From Thermoproteus sp. (lineage in GTDB: Archaea > Thermoproteota > Thermoprotei > Thermoproteales > Thermoproteaceae), in assembly GCA_049976425.1 (NCBI GenBank), contig JBMFIG010000031.1, positions 1 to 16,720 of the forward strand: DNA of 16,720 nucleotides, written 5' to 3'. Below, in pieces: positions 8,320 through 15,796 of the stretch. Below the pieces are notes generated by a model. It did not search any database. It was not told the DNA's origin and was given only the letters and a program-made list of their open reading frames with translations. A program made the position numbers and the translations under genes. Positions within the stretch are counted from its first letter, which is position 1. Every line of letters starts with the position of its first letter.

Positions 8320-8755
8320 AGAAGAGGGGTGTCTTCTCTTCGGAGCTGTAAGGTTATCAGCTGAGGCTGTATATGTCTTGGAGGGCTGTGCCCTGGCCGG
8401 CTGGTCCGCTCTCGCCGCACGTCTAGGCACGGCGCTTCCTCTCCCATTTCATCCCCCGTACCTCCAGTTCGTATGCCCGTCGCTCGATACCGTGGTGGAG
8501 AGGGCTGCGAAAACCTCGCTATGTGTCTGGAGGGGGCGGGGCCGAGTCTCCCTCGGCACAAGGCTCGGCAAGGAGGCCGAGATAGTTGAAGGAACGGCTA
8601 GGGGCGCGCGATTCCGCTGTGGGCTGTATGTACAGACGTGCGACGAGGCGCTTAGACATATCGCCGAGCGCGGCCCCGGCTCGAAGTATCTGAAGTTGCT
8701 ACCTAGGTACGTGGAGGAGGGCTTGTGTCTAGAAGGACAAGGACGTTCTGTATAG
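8303..8755 (+). CDS. Hypothetical Cys-rich protein, possible antitoxin partner
   Basis: 150-aa ORF overlapping the NTase gene by 17 nt; 7 Cys. ALAGWSAL loosely resembles AbiEi-type C-terminal domains. Confidence 0.6.
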   Translation: MVLAFREEGCLLFGAVRLSAEAVYVLEGCALAGWSALAARLGTALPLPFHPPYLQFVCPSLDTVVERAAKTSLCVWRGRGRVSLGTRLGKEAEIVEGTARGARFRCGLYVQTCDEALRHIAERGPGSKYLKLLPRYVEEGLCLEGQGRSV

Positions 8756-9211
8756 GTTAACGCAAGGCGTCTGACCTCCTCCCTGCCCCTCGGCGGGGTA
8801 GCTCACGGGCGCCCTTATTCCCCATCCGTCTGGGTGGGGCCGTGGGGCTGGCCCGAGCCAGTACTGCGGGCTTTGGTGCATGGGCCGGCCCGTTCAGCCT
8901 CCAGCACCGATCTGGAGACCCCTCTAGGGTCTTCTCGTCCACGACTGGGAGGCAGCCTTCACGGCCTCGGGGCATCTCGGCTTTGGCCTCTCCACAGCAT
9001 GTTAAGAACACTAACAAGCCATAGGTGCCGCGGGGGTTCTTTAGTTGGCAATGCTTCGGGTCGCATCCATGATGGCGACGTGAGCAGGCGATCCCTCAGC
9101 ATTATGCGACTCCGTATACTAAGGCTTTACATTTCCCGTTTAGCTAGTGTGGCTACTTGATATGTGTGTCTTGTTTGACAAGCCGTTAACTTGGGACGCA
9201 TCTGGAGTGAA

Positions 9212-9240
9212 TTTTTTTAAAAGGGGGCGCGTCGGCCCCT
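9212..9240 (+). promoter_or_regulatory. TATA box and imperfect palindrome upstream of the DUF1646 gene
   Basis: TTTTTTTAAAA (9212-9222), then AGGGGGCG-CGT-CGGCCCCT (9222-9240), then ATG 9243. Confidence 0.5.
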
Positions 9241-9242
9241 CT

Positions 9243-10319
9243 ATGGCGTTAGAACAACTCCTCCTCCAGATAGTGTTCCTCATCGTGCTTGTGGTGCCGC
9301 CTCTTGTTTCGAAGAAAGTGGAGCATAATATTGAGCTGTTTTTTCTTGCCGTGGGTGCCGCCGGCGTGTCTCTGGCTGGTTTGTGGAGCCGGGAGCTTTT
9401 GAAAGAGGCGCTTCTCCACCCAGTGGCCGTCTACCAGCCTGGCTTGGGGTATCTGCCAATTGGCATTACTCAAGTCGTCCTCGCCGCGGGGCTTGTCTTC
9501 TACGCCCTCCGCAACAGGCTCGCCGCCTGGGCAGAGGCCTTAGCTAACCCGGCTGTTATTGCGCTACTCATATTGATCCTCGGGATGTCTAGTAGCGTCA
9601 TCTCTGCCATCGTTGCGTCGGCGGTGCTGGCCGAGTTGCTGGGCTTCGCCAAAGCGCCGCATACATACAAGGCGAGGGCGGCCGTTTACGGCGCCTTTGC
9701 AATCGGCACGGGGGCCGCGTTGCTACCGCTAGGCGAGCCGCTGTCCACCATCGCCGTGGCTAAGCTGAGACAGGACTTCTTCTACCTAGTGGAGGTCCTC
9801 CTAGACGTGGTGGTTTTGATTGTGGCGTTTTTCGCGCTGTACGCATATCTAGCCCTCAAGAGGGTGGGGGCGTTTGGAGTCGAGATTGAGCCCTACGAGC
9901 CCGAGCTCGGGGAGGTGCTCCTCAGAGCCGCGAGAGTTTACATCTTCATATTCGCCCTCACCCTACTGGGGGAGTTCTTTAAGCCCATGGCTGATGCCGT
10001 GGCGGGGCTCGGCAGAGAGGTGCTGTACATATTCGGCGCGCTGTCCGCCGTGGTGGACAACGCCACGCTGGTGGCCGCGCTGGTCAGCCCCGACATGGCT
10101 GTGGAGACGCTCCGCGGCTTCCTGATTTCGCTCGTGTTGGCGGGGGGCTTCACTGTGCCGGGAAACGTGCCCAACATAGTTCTGGCAAGCGTGCTGAAGA
10201 TAGGCTTCAAGGAGTGGATAAAGCTGGCCCTCCCAATAGGCCTCGCCGTCTTCACCGCCGTTGGCATGTACGTCTTGTTTCTCGCGCCGCACCCGCCATT
10301 TATACAACAGCCCTCTTAG
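9243..10319 (+). CDS. DUF1646 family multi-pass membrane protein (putative cation transporter, IT superfamily)
   Basis: KKVEHNIELFFL, GAALLPLGEPLSTIAVAKL, SAVVDNATL, GGFTVPGNVPNIV, and many hydrophobic helices. Start ATG 9243 by TATA spacing. Confidence 0.85.
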   Translation: MALEQLLLQIVFLIVLVVPPLVSKKVEHNIELFFLAVGAAGVSLAGLWSRELLKEALLHPVAVYQPGLGYLPIGITQVVLAAGLVFYALRNRLAAWAEALANPAVIALLILILGMSSSVISAIVASAVLAELLGFAKAPHTYKARAAVYGAFAIGTGAALLPLGEPLSTIAVAKLRQDFFYLVEVLLDVVVLIVAFFALYAYLALKRVGAFGVEIEPYEPELGEVLLRAARVYIFIFALTLLGEFFKPMADAVAGLGREVLYIFGALSAVVDNATLVAALVSPDMAVETLRGFLISLVLAGGFTVPGNVPNIVLASVLKIGFKEWIKLALPIGLAVFTAVGMYVLFLAPHPPFIQQPS

Positions 10320-10346
10320 GTTATTAATAGTGAGATATGTCAAGCT

Positions 10347-10862
10347 GTGGAGATTCCGCTTCTTCTTCTGGAAAAAGCGAGGAGACAAGGCCTCGATTTA
10401 GTAGACCTCATCTCAAAAGCGCTGTCTCTTGACCCAAATAGCCGCACAGCGGCACATCTAGAGCTAGCAGAGAGGTTCCTTAACGAGGGGAGAGAGCTCG
10501 TTGAAAAAGATCCTGTGCAAGCAAGCGAAAAGCTGTACAAAGTAGCTGAAGAGGCTGTAAAGGCGCTGGCTACTGCGCTGGGGCTGGAGGAGGCCGAGAG
10601 GGCGAAGGAGTACGGCCGCTGGAACGCCCAGATGCTTTTCCAGGCAGTAGACTCGGCCTCGAGGATAGCTGGGAGAGATCTAAGGCTTCTCTGGCGGGCC
10701 GCGTTGTTCCTCCACGTCGAGGGGTTCCACGAGGCGCGGCTGAACAGCGCACAGGTAAGAGAGGACGTAGAGTACGTCGAAAAGATCGTCGATCTGGCCT
10801 CTAAACACGTCAAGAAGGCTCGCGACCTCGCCGAGGGCAACCGCGCCGGATCTGGGGCCTAG
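10347..10862 (+). CDS. PaREP1 family protein (HEPN-related fold)
   Basis: DPVQASEKLYKVAEEAVKALA, GRW, LHVEGFHE. TTATTAAT box at 10321-10328. Confidence 0.9.
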   Translation: MEIPLLLLEKARRQGLDLVDLISKALSLDPNSRTAAHLELAERFLNEGRELVEKDPVQASEKLYKVAEEAVKALATALGLEEAERAKEYGRWNAQMLFQAVDSASRIAGRDLRLLWRAALFLHVEGFHEARLNSAQVREDVEYVEKIVDLASKHVKKARDLAEGNRAGSGA

Positions 10863-10933
10863 GGCTGACCGGGCCCCGCGGCGTTTGCCCGACCATGTCG
10901 GCAATCGATAAATAGCTACATCGGAGTGTTGCC

Positions 10934-11191
10934 GTGAGGAGGGAGGAGTATATCGTGTATAGGATAAGGTTCAAGTCCTATACCGACGCGGCGAGGTTTC
11001 TGGCGAGCCTCGCAGAGGCCGCGGATAGGCTGGGCCACCACCCGGACGCGGAGCTGAGGTACGTGGACCTCGTCCTCAAGCTCACGACACACGACGCCGG
11101 GAACAGAGTCACCGAGAGGGACCTATCGCTGGCGAGAGAGATCGAGAGGCTTCTGGAGGCGTATAGGGAGTCCATAGTCGGGGTGGAGTAG
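10934..11191 (+). CDS. Pterin-4a-carbinolamine dehydratase (PCD/PhhB family)
   Basis: HHPD, LTTHDAG, VTERDLSLA. Confidence 0.88.
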   Translation: MRREEYIVYRIRFKSYTDAARFLASLAEAADRLGHHPDAELRYVDLVLKLTTHDAGNRVTERDLSLAREIERLLEAYRESIVGVE

Positions 11192-11202
11192 CTGGATCCG
11201 CC

Positions 11203-11768
11203 GTGATGGGCGAGCTCCTGCTGGCGGCCGTCGCGTTGGGCGCTCTCCATATGGCGGCGCCCGATCACTGGGCGCCGTTGGCGGCGTCTTTGGCCAGGAG
11301 GCGCTACGGCGGAGCCGCCTTGGTGGCCGTATCGGCGTTGGTGGGCTTGACCCACGGCGTGTTGTCGGTTGCCCTTGCGCTTATCGCCGCCCTTGCGGGC
11401 TCTTACGTGTTGCCGATGGCCTACATCAAATACGTGTCAATAGCGCTGTTGGCGGCGTTGTCCGTCGGCGTATTGATCGATGCAGTGCGCGGAGGCGGCA
11501 TAGACGTGGGGGGCTCGGCGGCCGTCTCGGTGTTGCCCGACCCGGCGGCGATCCCCTAGTCCTGGCCTCGTTGGCCCTCGGTAGCTCGTACGCTTTCCTG
11601 GTCGCAACCGCCTTCGTCATATCCAGCGCCGCGTCTCTGGCCTTGGTCATGTCGCTGGCGGGCGCAGGTCTCTCCCGGGCGCTCCGGAGGGTAGACTCTC
11701 AGTATTTCGACTACGTGGTGGCCGCCGTGTTGGCGCTGACCGCGCTCTACGTCTACCTAGCCCCCTAG
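11203..11768 (+). pseudogene. Ni/Co permease-like membrane protein (NicO/RcnA/UreH-like), split by a 1-bp frameshift
   Basis: GALHMAAPDHW and GLTHG motifs. Adding one C to the C4 run at 11553-11556 joins ORFs 11203..11559 and 11571..11768 (..PDPAAIPLVLASLALG..). Confidence 0.72.
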
Positions 11769-12255
11769 GCCAAGAAGAACAAGCTGTCGAGATAGACCAC
11801 GGCGGCGGAGCTTGCTATTAACAAGGCCGGTATGACCGCGCTGTAGAGCGGGCGCCACGTCACGCCGCGTCTGATAAGCGCAAGGCCGACGCCGCTCGCT
11901 ATGTGCAGGACGAAGAAGAAGGCCAGGGGGTCTATCAGCAAGAGGTGGAGCTGTAGCCCGACCCCCTCGTCAGCAAGCCGCCGGTGGCGGCGCTGATTAG
12001 GTTAGAGGTGACGGGGCTTGCGGCGAAGCCTGTCAAGGCCTCGGCGACCGCCAGCGCCAGCAGAGCCCAGGCGGTCTGCCTCTGAAGCTGCGGCGAGTAT
12101 ATGCTCCTGTTTATCTCGGGCACCGCCAAGGTTGCGCCCACCGCCGCCGGTAGATACGGCGACAGCGCCGGCTGTAGGTACGCCGCTATCGACGCCAGCG
12201 CGGCCTCTATCTGTAGAGCCGCCGGGCCTAGGCCGGCCGCGCGGCCGATCCCCAT
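11765..12255 (-). pseudogene. Membrane protein with two His 14 residues apart (cytochrome b-like), split by a 1-bp frameshift
   Basis: Adding one G to the G5 run (11962-11966) extends the 12255 ORF: ..LTRGVGLQLHLLLIDPLAFFFVLHIASGVGLALIRRGVTWRPLYSAVIPALLIASSAAVVYLDSLFFLA*, ending at 11765. Confidence 0.65.
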
Positions 12256-12503
12256 GGCCTACTTGCCGCCGTCTTTTTGGCCACGTCCGGATAGCCTACC
12301 GACTCCCAGTAGCCTAGGTAGTCCTTGTCGGTCACTGTCAGCTTGACGAGCCACTTCACGCTCTTGTAGCCCCACCACCTCGGCACGATCAGCCTGACAG
12401 GGTAGCCGTGTTTGCTGGGCAGAGGCTCGCCGTCGGCCATGTAGGCCACCAGCGTGTCGGGCTCCATCGCCTTCCAGAGGGGCAGATCGCTGGTGTACCC
12501 CCC
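12228..12503 (-). pseudogene. C-terminal fragment of a sulfite-oxidase-family (MsrP/YedY-like) molybdopterin oxidoreductase
   Basis: GYTSDLPL..LVAYMADGEPLPSKHGYPVRLIVPRWWGYKSVKWL..GYWESVGY. The N-terminal half, with the Mo-ligating Cys, is absent. Confidence 0.85.
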
Positions 12504-12781
12504 AGGTGGCTGAAGCCCCTCCTCCTGTTCCTCCTGATGTCGCAAGTCCCCACCAGCTTCCCGCCGGCCTCCGCAACCTTGAAGACCGCGTCGCCGCGCT
12601 CCAGAGCCTTGAGGATCTCCGAGAACCAGGCGAACTCGTCGGCCAGCGACGGCGGCTTCTCCTCGAGCGCCAGCCCGACCTCGCGCCCAAGCCTCTTGGG
12701 ATCTTCGTCTACCTCTCTATAGTAGCCGTAGAGATCGATCACCTGTCGGAAGTCCTCCGGCTTGAGGTCCCTCACCGCCAC
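12501..12781 (-). pseudogene. N-terminal fragment of a GNAT acetyltransferase
   Basis: VRDLKPED..VAEAGGKLVGTCDIRR..SHLG stops just before the acetyl-CoA-binding motif A (RxxGxG), which is missing. Confidence 0.7.
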
Positions 12782-12838
12782 GCCAGAGGACGTCGCAATA
12801 GGCGTTCCAAGCTTTTAAGTATTTGTCTACGTCTAGAG

Positions 12839-13303
12839 ATGAAGTTGGGGCTGGGCGCCAAGTGGGGCGCCGTGACTGGGCTGATCGGCGGCGTCATTTC
12901 CGCACTGGAGATATACGTGCTCAGGGAGGAGATCTATAGAGCTGTATACGAGGCCGTGGCCTCCGCGGCCCAGTCTAGCGGCGCCGCGCTTACGCAACAA
13001 CAGATACAGCAGATAGCGGAGCTCTCCATAACCGGCGCCTACATCGGCGCAGTCGCCGGAAGCGTCATATGGTTCGTCATAATAGGCCTCATAATGGCCG
13101 CCGTCTGGGATAGGCTGAGGCTTCCCTGGTACTCCAAGGGCGCCATATTCGGCGCCGTCCTTGTGGGGCTGAACTTGGCCCTCGGCCGTCCGCCCGCCGC
13201 CGCTCTCGCGGCCAGCGGCGTGGTTGTGAACTTCCTACTCGCGCTCCTCCTCGCATATTTCTTGAGCCGGGCCGGGGGGAAAGCCGCCGCGGCGGCCCAG
13301 TAG
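12839..13303 (+). CDS. Hypothetical membrane protein (about 4 TM helices)
   Basis: ATG 12839 lies 26 bp after TTTTAA (12813-12818). Gly-rich TM1, a soluble helical loop, then three further hydrophobic segments. Confidence 0.75.
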   Translation: MKLGLGAKWGAVTGLIGGVISALEIYVLREEIYRAVYEAVASAAQSSGAALTQQQIQQIAELSITGAYIGAVAGSVIWFVIIGLIMAAVWDRLRLPWYSKGAIFGAVLVGLNLALGRPPAAALAASGVVVNFLLALLLAYFLSRAGGKAAAAAQ

Positions 13304-13414
13304 TAAAACAAGCTTTTTATGTGACATACGGCGAGGGGCCATGGGTTCCGTTACTGTCTCGGCCGGCGGACGCCTCGCCTACGCTAGCTCGGCGCGCGGC
13401 CGGCCTTGCGGGCT

Positions 13415-13846
13415 ATGAGGACCGTCTCGGTCAAGCTGGCGTCTAGGTCCTACGCCGACGAGGGCATGGTGCAGATGCTGATGGCTATCCCCGGCATATA
13501 CAACGCCTATATCGAGGGCGACCGCGTGGTGTTGGAGATAGACGACGCCGCCATACAGCCCGCCGAGGCCGTCAGGAGGATGATGGACCTCGGCTACGAG
13601 CTGGTACTGCCCCACTACGTCTTCTCGGTTGGCAGAGGCGATCCATGGAGGGTCAAGGAGCTCGTCGAGGGCGACCTCCCGCCCTACGTGGTCGCGGCAA
13701 CCTTCGACGTGGATACCCGGCTCGCCTACGTGGCGGTGTTGCCCGGCGTGGGGCCCGAGGAGGCCGGCCGGTATCTTGCCGATAGGGGGCTACGCGCGGA
13801 GCTCGTGGACTCCTACCAGAAGCCCATAAGGCTCAGCTTCGGGTAG
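13415..13846 (+). CDS. Protein with two tandem HMA-like (ferredoxin-fold) domains lacking CxxC
   Basis: LMAIPGIYNAYI..VVLEIDD..AVRRMMDLGY and VVAATFDVDTRLAYV..YLADRGL follow the HMA pattern. No Cys in the protein. Confidence 0.6.
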   Translation: MRTVSVKLASRSYADEGMVQMLMAIPGIYNAYIEGDRVVLEIDDAAIQPAEAVRRMMDLGYELVLPHYVFSVGRGDPWRVKELVEGDLPPYVVAATFDVDTRLAYVAVLPGVGPEEAGRYLADRGLRAELVDSYQKPIRLSFG

Positions 13847-13882
13847 CGCGCAAAGCCTTTAAATCCACTATTTATTTTTTGC

Positions 13883-14272
13883 GTGGATGAGATCAAGGCC
13901 AGCATACTGGAGCTCCTCCGCAGAGAGGGGCCCCAGCCCGTCTACAAGATCGCCAAGGCGCTCGGCTTGAGCTACGGCGCCGCCCAGTGGCATATCTTCT
14001 ACCTGGAGCGGGAGGGCCTCGTGAGGACCTTCAGGAGCGGCAACAAGCGCTACGCTACGATAAGCCCCACCGCGGACGTGTTGAAGGTGGTCAAGGTCGA
14101 GGACGTGTTGAAGGACGTGGAGCTCGCCTTGAGGGCGTACGGCGTGAGGCCCGACATGACGGTCCACGAGGCTGTCCAAGTGCTCTCGGAGGAGGCGCCG
14201 CATCTGGCCGAGCTAATCCAGCAGATGGCCGAGGAGAGGTACCGGGAGGCCGAGGAGGAGCGAAAAACTTAA
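13883..14272 (+). CDS. Winged-HTH transcriptional regulator
   Basis: ILELLRREGP..VYKIAKALGLSYGAAQWHIFYLEREGLV. TTTAAAT box at 13858-13864. Confidence 0.85.
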   Translation: MDEIKASILELLRREGPQPVYKIAKALGLSYGAAQWHIFYLEREGLVRTFRSGNKRYATISPTADVLKVVKVEDVLKDVELALRAYGVRPDMTVHEAVQVLSEEAPHLAELIQQMAEERYREAEEERKT

Positions 14273-14291
14273 TTGGGGCCTATATCACGCC

Positions 14292-15023
14292 ATGGCGCTC
14301 GAGGTAGTGGTCCACCACACCTGCTCGTCGAGCTGGAAGCTCTATAGGGACGTCAAGGCGAGGGGGCTTCCGGTGAGGTTCGCGCCGGCCTCTCTGCCCG
14401 ACCTCAGACGGGCCGTCCTCGGCATCCCCGCGGTCTTCGCGGACGGGCGGCTGGTCCTCTACGACCCCGTCACGGCGGACGATCTGGAGGTCCTTCTGAA
14501 GGGCGCCGCGAGGCGGGATCTGCCGGTGGACGAGGCCGTCCAGAACTTCGTGACCGGGGTCGTATACAACCAGGCGCTCCTCTCGCTCGCCGTGTTGCAC
14601 AAGTCCTTCAAGCCGATACTGGCCGACAGGGAGGCGGTGGAGGTCCTCACTAGGGCGCGTTTCTACGGCTCTCCGGAGGTCGCCAAGTCGGCCTACGAGG
14701 AGATATCGAGGCGCGACGCCCAGCTTTTCGCCGAGAATAGGGATAAGATGCTGAAGGCCCTCGCCTACGGCCTAGTCAGAGAGCTCTACTGGCTCGGCAT
14801 AAGCCCCTCCAAGATCGGCGTAGAGCACGTCTCGATGTGGATAATGGCCAAGGCCACCGTCGGCAGGCTGGGGCTCCAGTACCCGAAGCCCTACGTGGAT
14901 AGGGACGTGGCCGAGGTGGTAGCGGCCATACTCAAGGAAAGGGGCGACCACTACCTCGCCAAGATAGCCGAGGAGCAGTCCGCCATATCGTCAGACCGGG
15001 ACTTCCTCTCCCTCTTCGGCTAG
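14292..15023 (+). CDS. Thioredoxin/glutaredoxin-fold protein (CxxS) with a helical C-terminal domain
   Basis: HHTCSSSWK and the cis-Pro-type motif GIPAVFADG. AT-rich box at ~14265-14274. Confidence 0.7.
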   Translation: MALEVVVHHTCSSSWKLYRDVKARGLPVRFAPASLPDLRRAVLGIPAVFADGRLVLYDPVTADDLEVLLKGAARRDLPVDEAVQNFVTGVVYNQALLSLAVLHKSFKPILADREAVEVLTRARFYGSPEVAKSAYEEISRRDAQLFAENRDKMLKALAYGLVRELYWLGISPSKIGVEHVSMWIMAKATVGRLGLQYPKPYVDRDVAEVVAAILKERGDHYLAKIAEEQSAISSDRDFLSLFG

Positions 15024-15089
15024 GGCCGCCGTCCCCGACACGCAGGTCTGTGAGGCCCTACGCCACGCCGGCAGGCGACGCGGCACCTA

Positions 15090-15139
15090 CTTATATCCTT
15101 CGACAACACACATGGGTGTGAGTAACACACATAGGTGCG
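15090..15139 (+). promoter_or_regulatory. TATA box plus two tandem palindromic operator-like repeats
   Basis: CTTATAT at 15090-15096; AACACACATGGGTGTG (15105-15120) and AACACACATAGGTGCG (15124-15139). Confidence 0.55.
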
Positions 15140-15796
15140 TGTCGGGGCTCTTCAGCCCGATCCCCAAGGAGAGGAGGAGCGAGCTCTTCGATAGGGAGGA
15201 GCTGGCGGCGTTGACGCGCCACGTCTCGGGCGGCGCGCCTCTGGTCTTGTGCCTCGGCGTCAGGAGGGTCGGCAAGACGTCTGTCGTAAGGATCTTCCTC
15301 GACGAGCGCGATGCCCCCCATACGACAGGGCCAGAGATGAGGTGCGCGTGGAGAGGTTCTCCTTGGAGAGGAGTATCTGGCGGCTGGCTTCGCCGAGGCG
15401 GGGATCAAGGTCGGCGAGGAGGAGCTGGAGAGGGCCGTGAAGATCTTCGACGGGATTCCGGGGTGGCTGGCCCTCTACGGATACGCCGCATGTAGGGGAC
15501 AACGAGGCGCGCTCGACGCTTCGCTGGAGGAGGCCGTCCGGACGGCCCTGGGCGAGATCAGACACATAGCGTCTGCCTCCGAGCTCTACGCACACGTCCT
15601 CAGAGCGGTCTCCATGGGCCACGCCAGGCGGAGCGCTGTGAAGAGGGCCGTGAAGATCTGGACGGGCCGGCATATATACGACGAGACGCTACAGAGGATC
15701 TTGAACAAGCTGACGTCCATGGGCATTTTGGCCAAGGAGGGGGAGGAGTACCGCTTCCTCGACCCGATCTACAGAAGAGCGGCCCAGAGGCTCTAA
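15139..15796 (+). pseudogene. Archaeal ATPase (ATPase_2 + wHTH) with an internal deletion and frameshifts
   Basis: Frame A: MSGLFSPIPKERRSELFDRE..GVRRVGKTS. Frame B: YDRARDEVRVERFSLERSI. Frame C: EYLAAGFAEAG..DGIPGWL..YRFLDPIY. The Walker B region is absent. Confidence 0.85.

Noticed and set aside
8757-9030. Short ORFs on both strands between the Cys-rich gene and DUF1646
   Set aside because: No recognisable motifs or promoter; possibly decayed coding DNA, but not assignable.
11557-11559. TAG readthrough or pyrrolysine
   Set aside because: The downstream ORF is in a different frame; a 1-bp deletion explains the split.
15105-15139. CRISPR mini-array
   Set aside because: Only two 16-bp units separated by 3 bp; no spacers and no cas genes.
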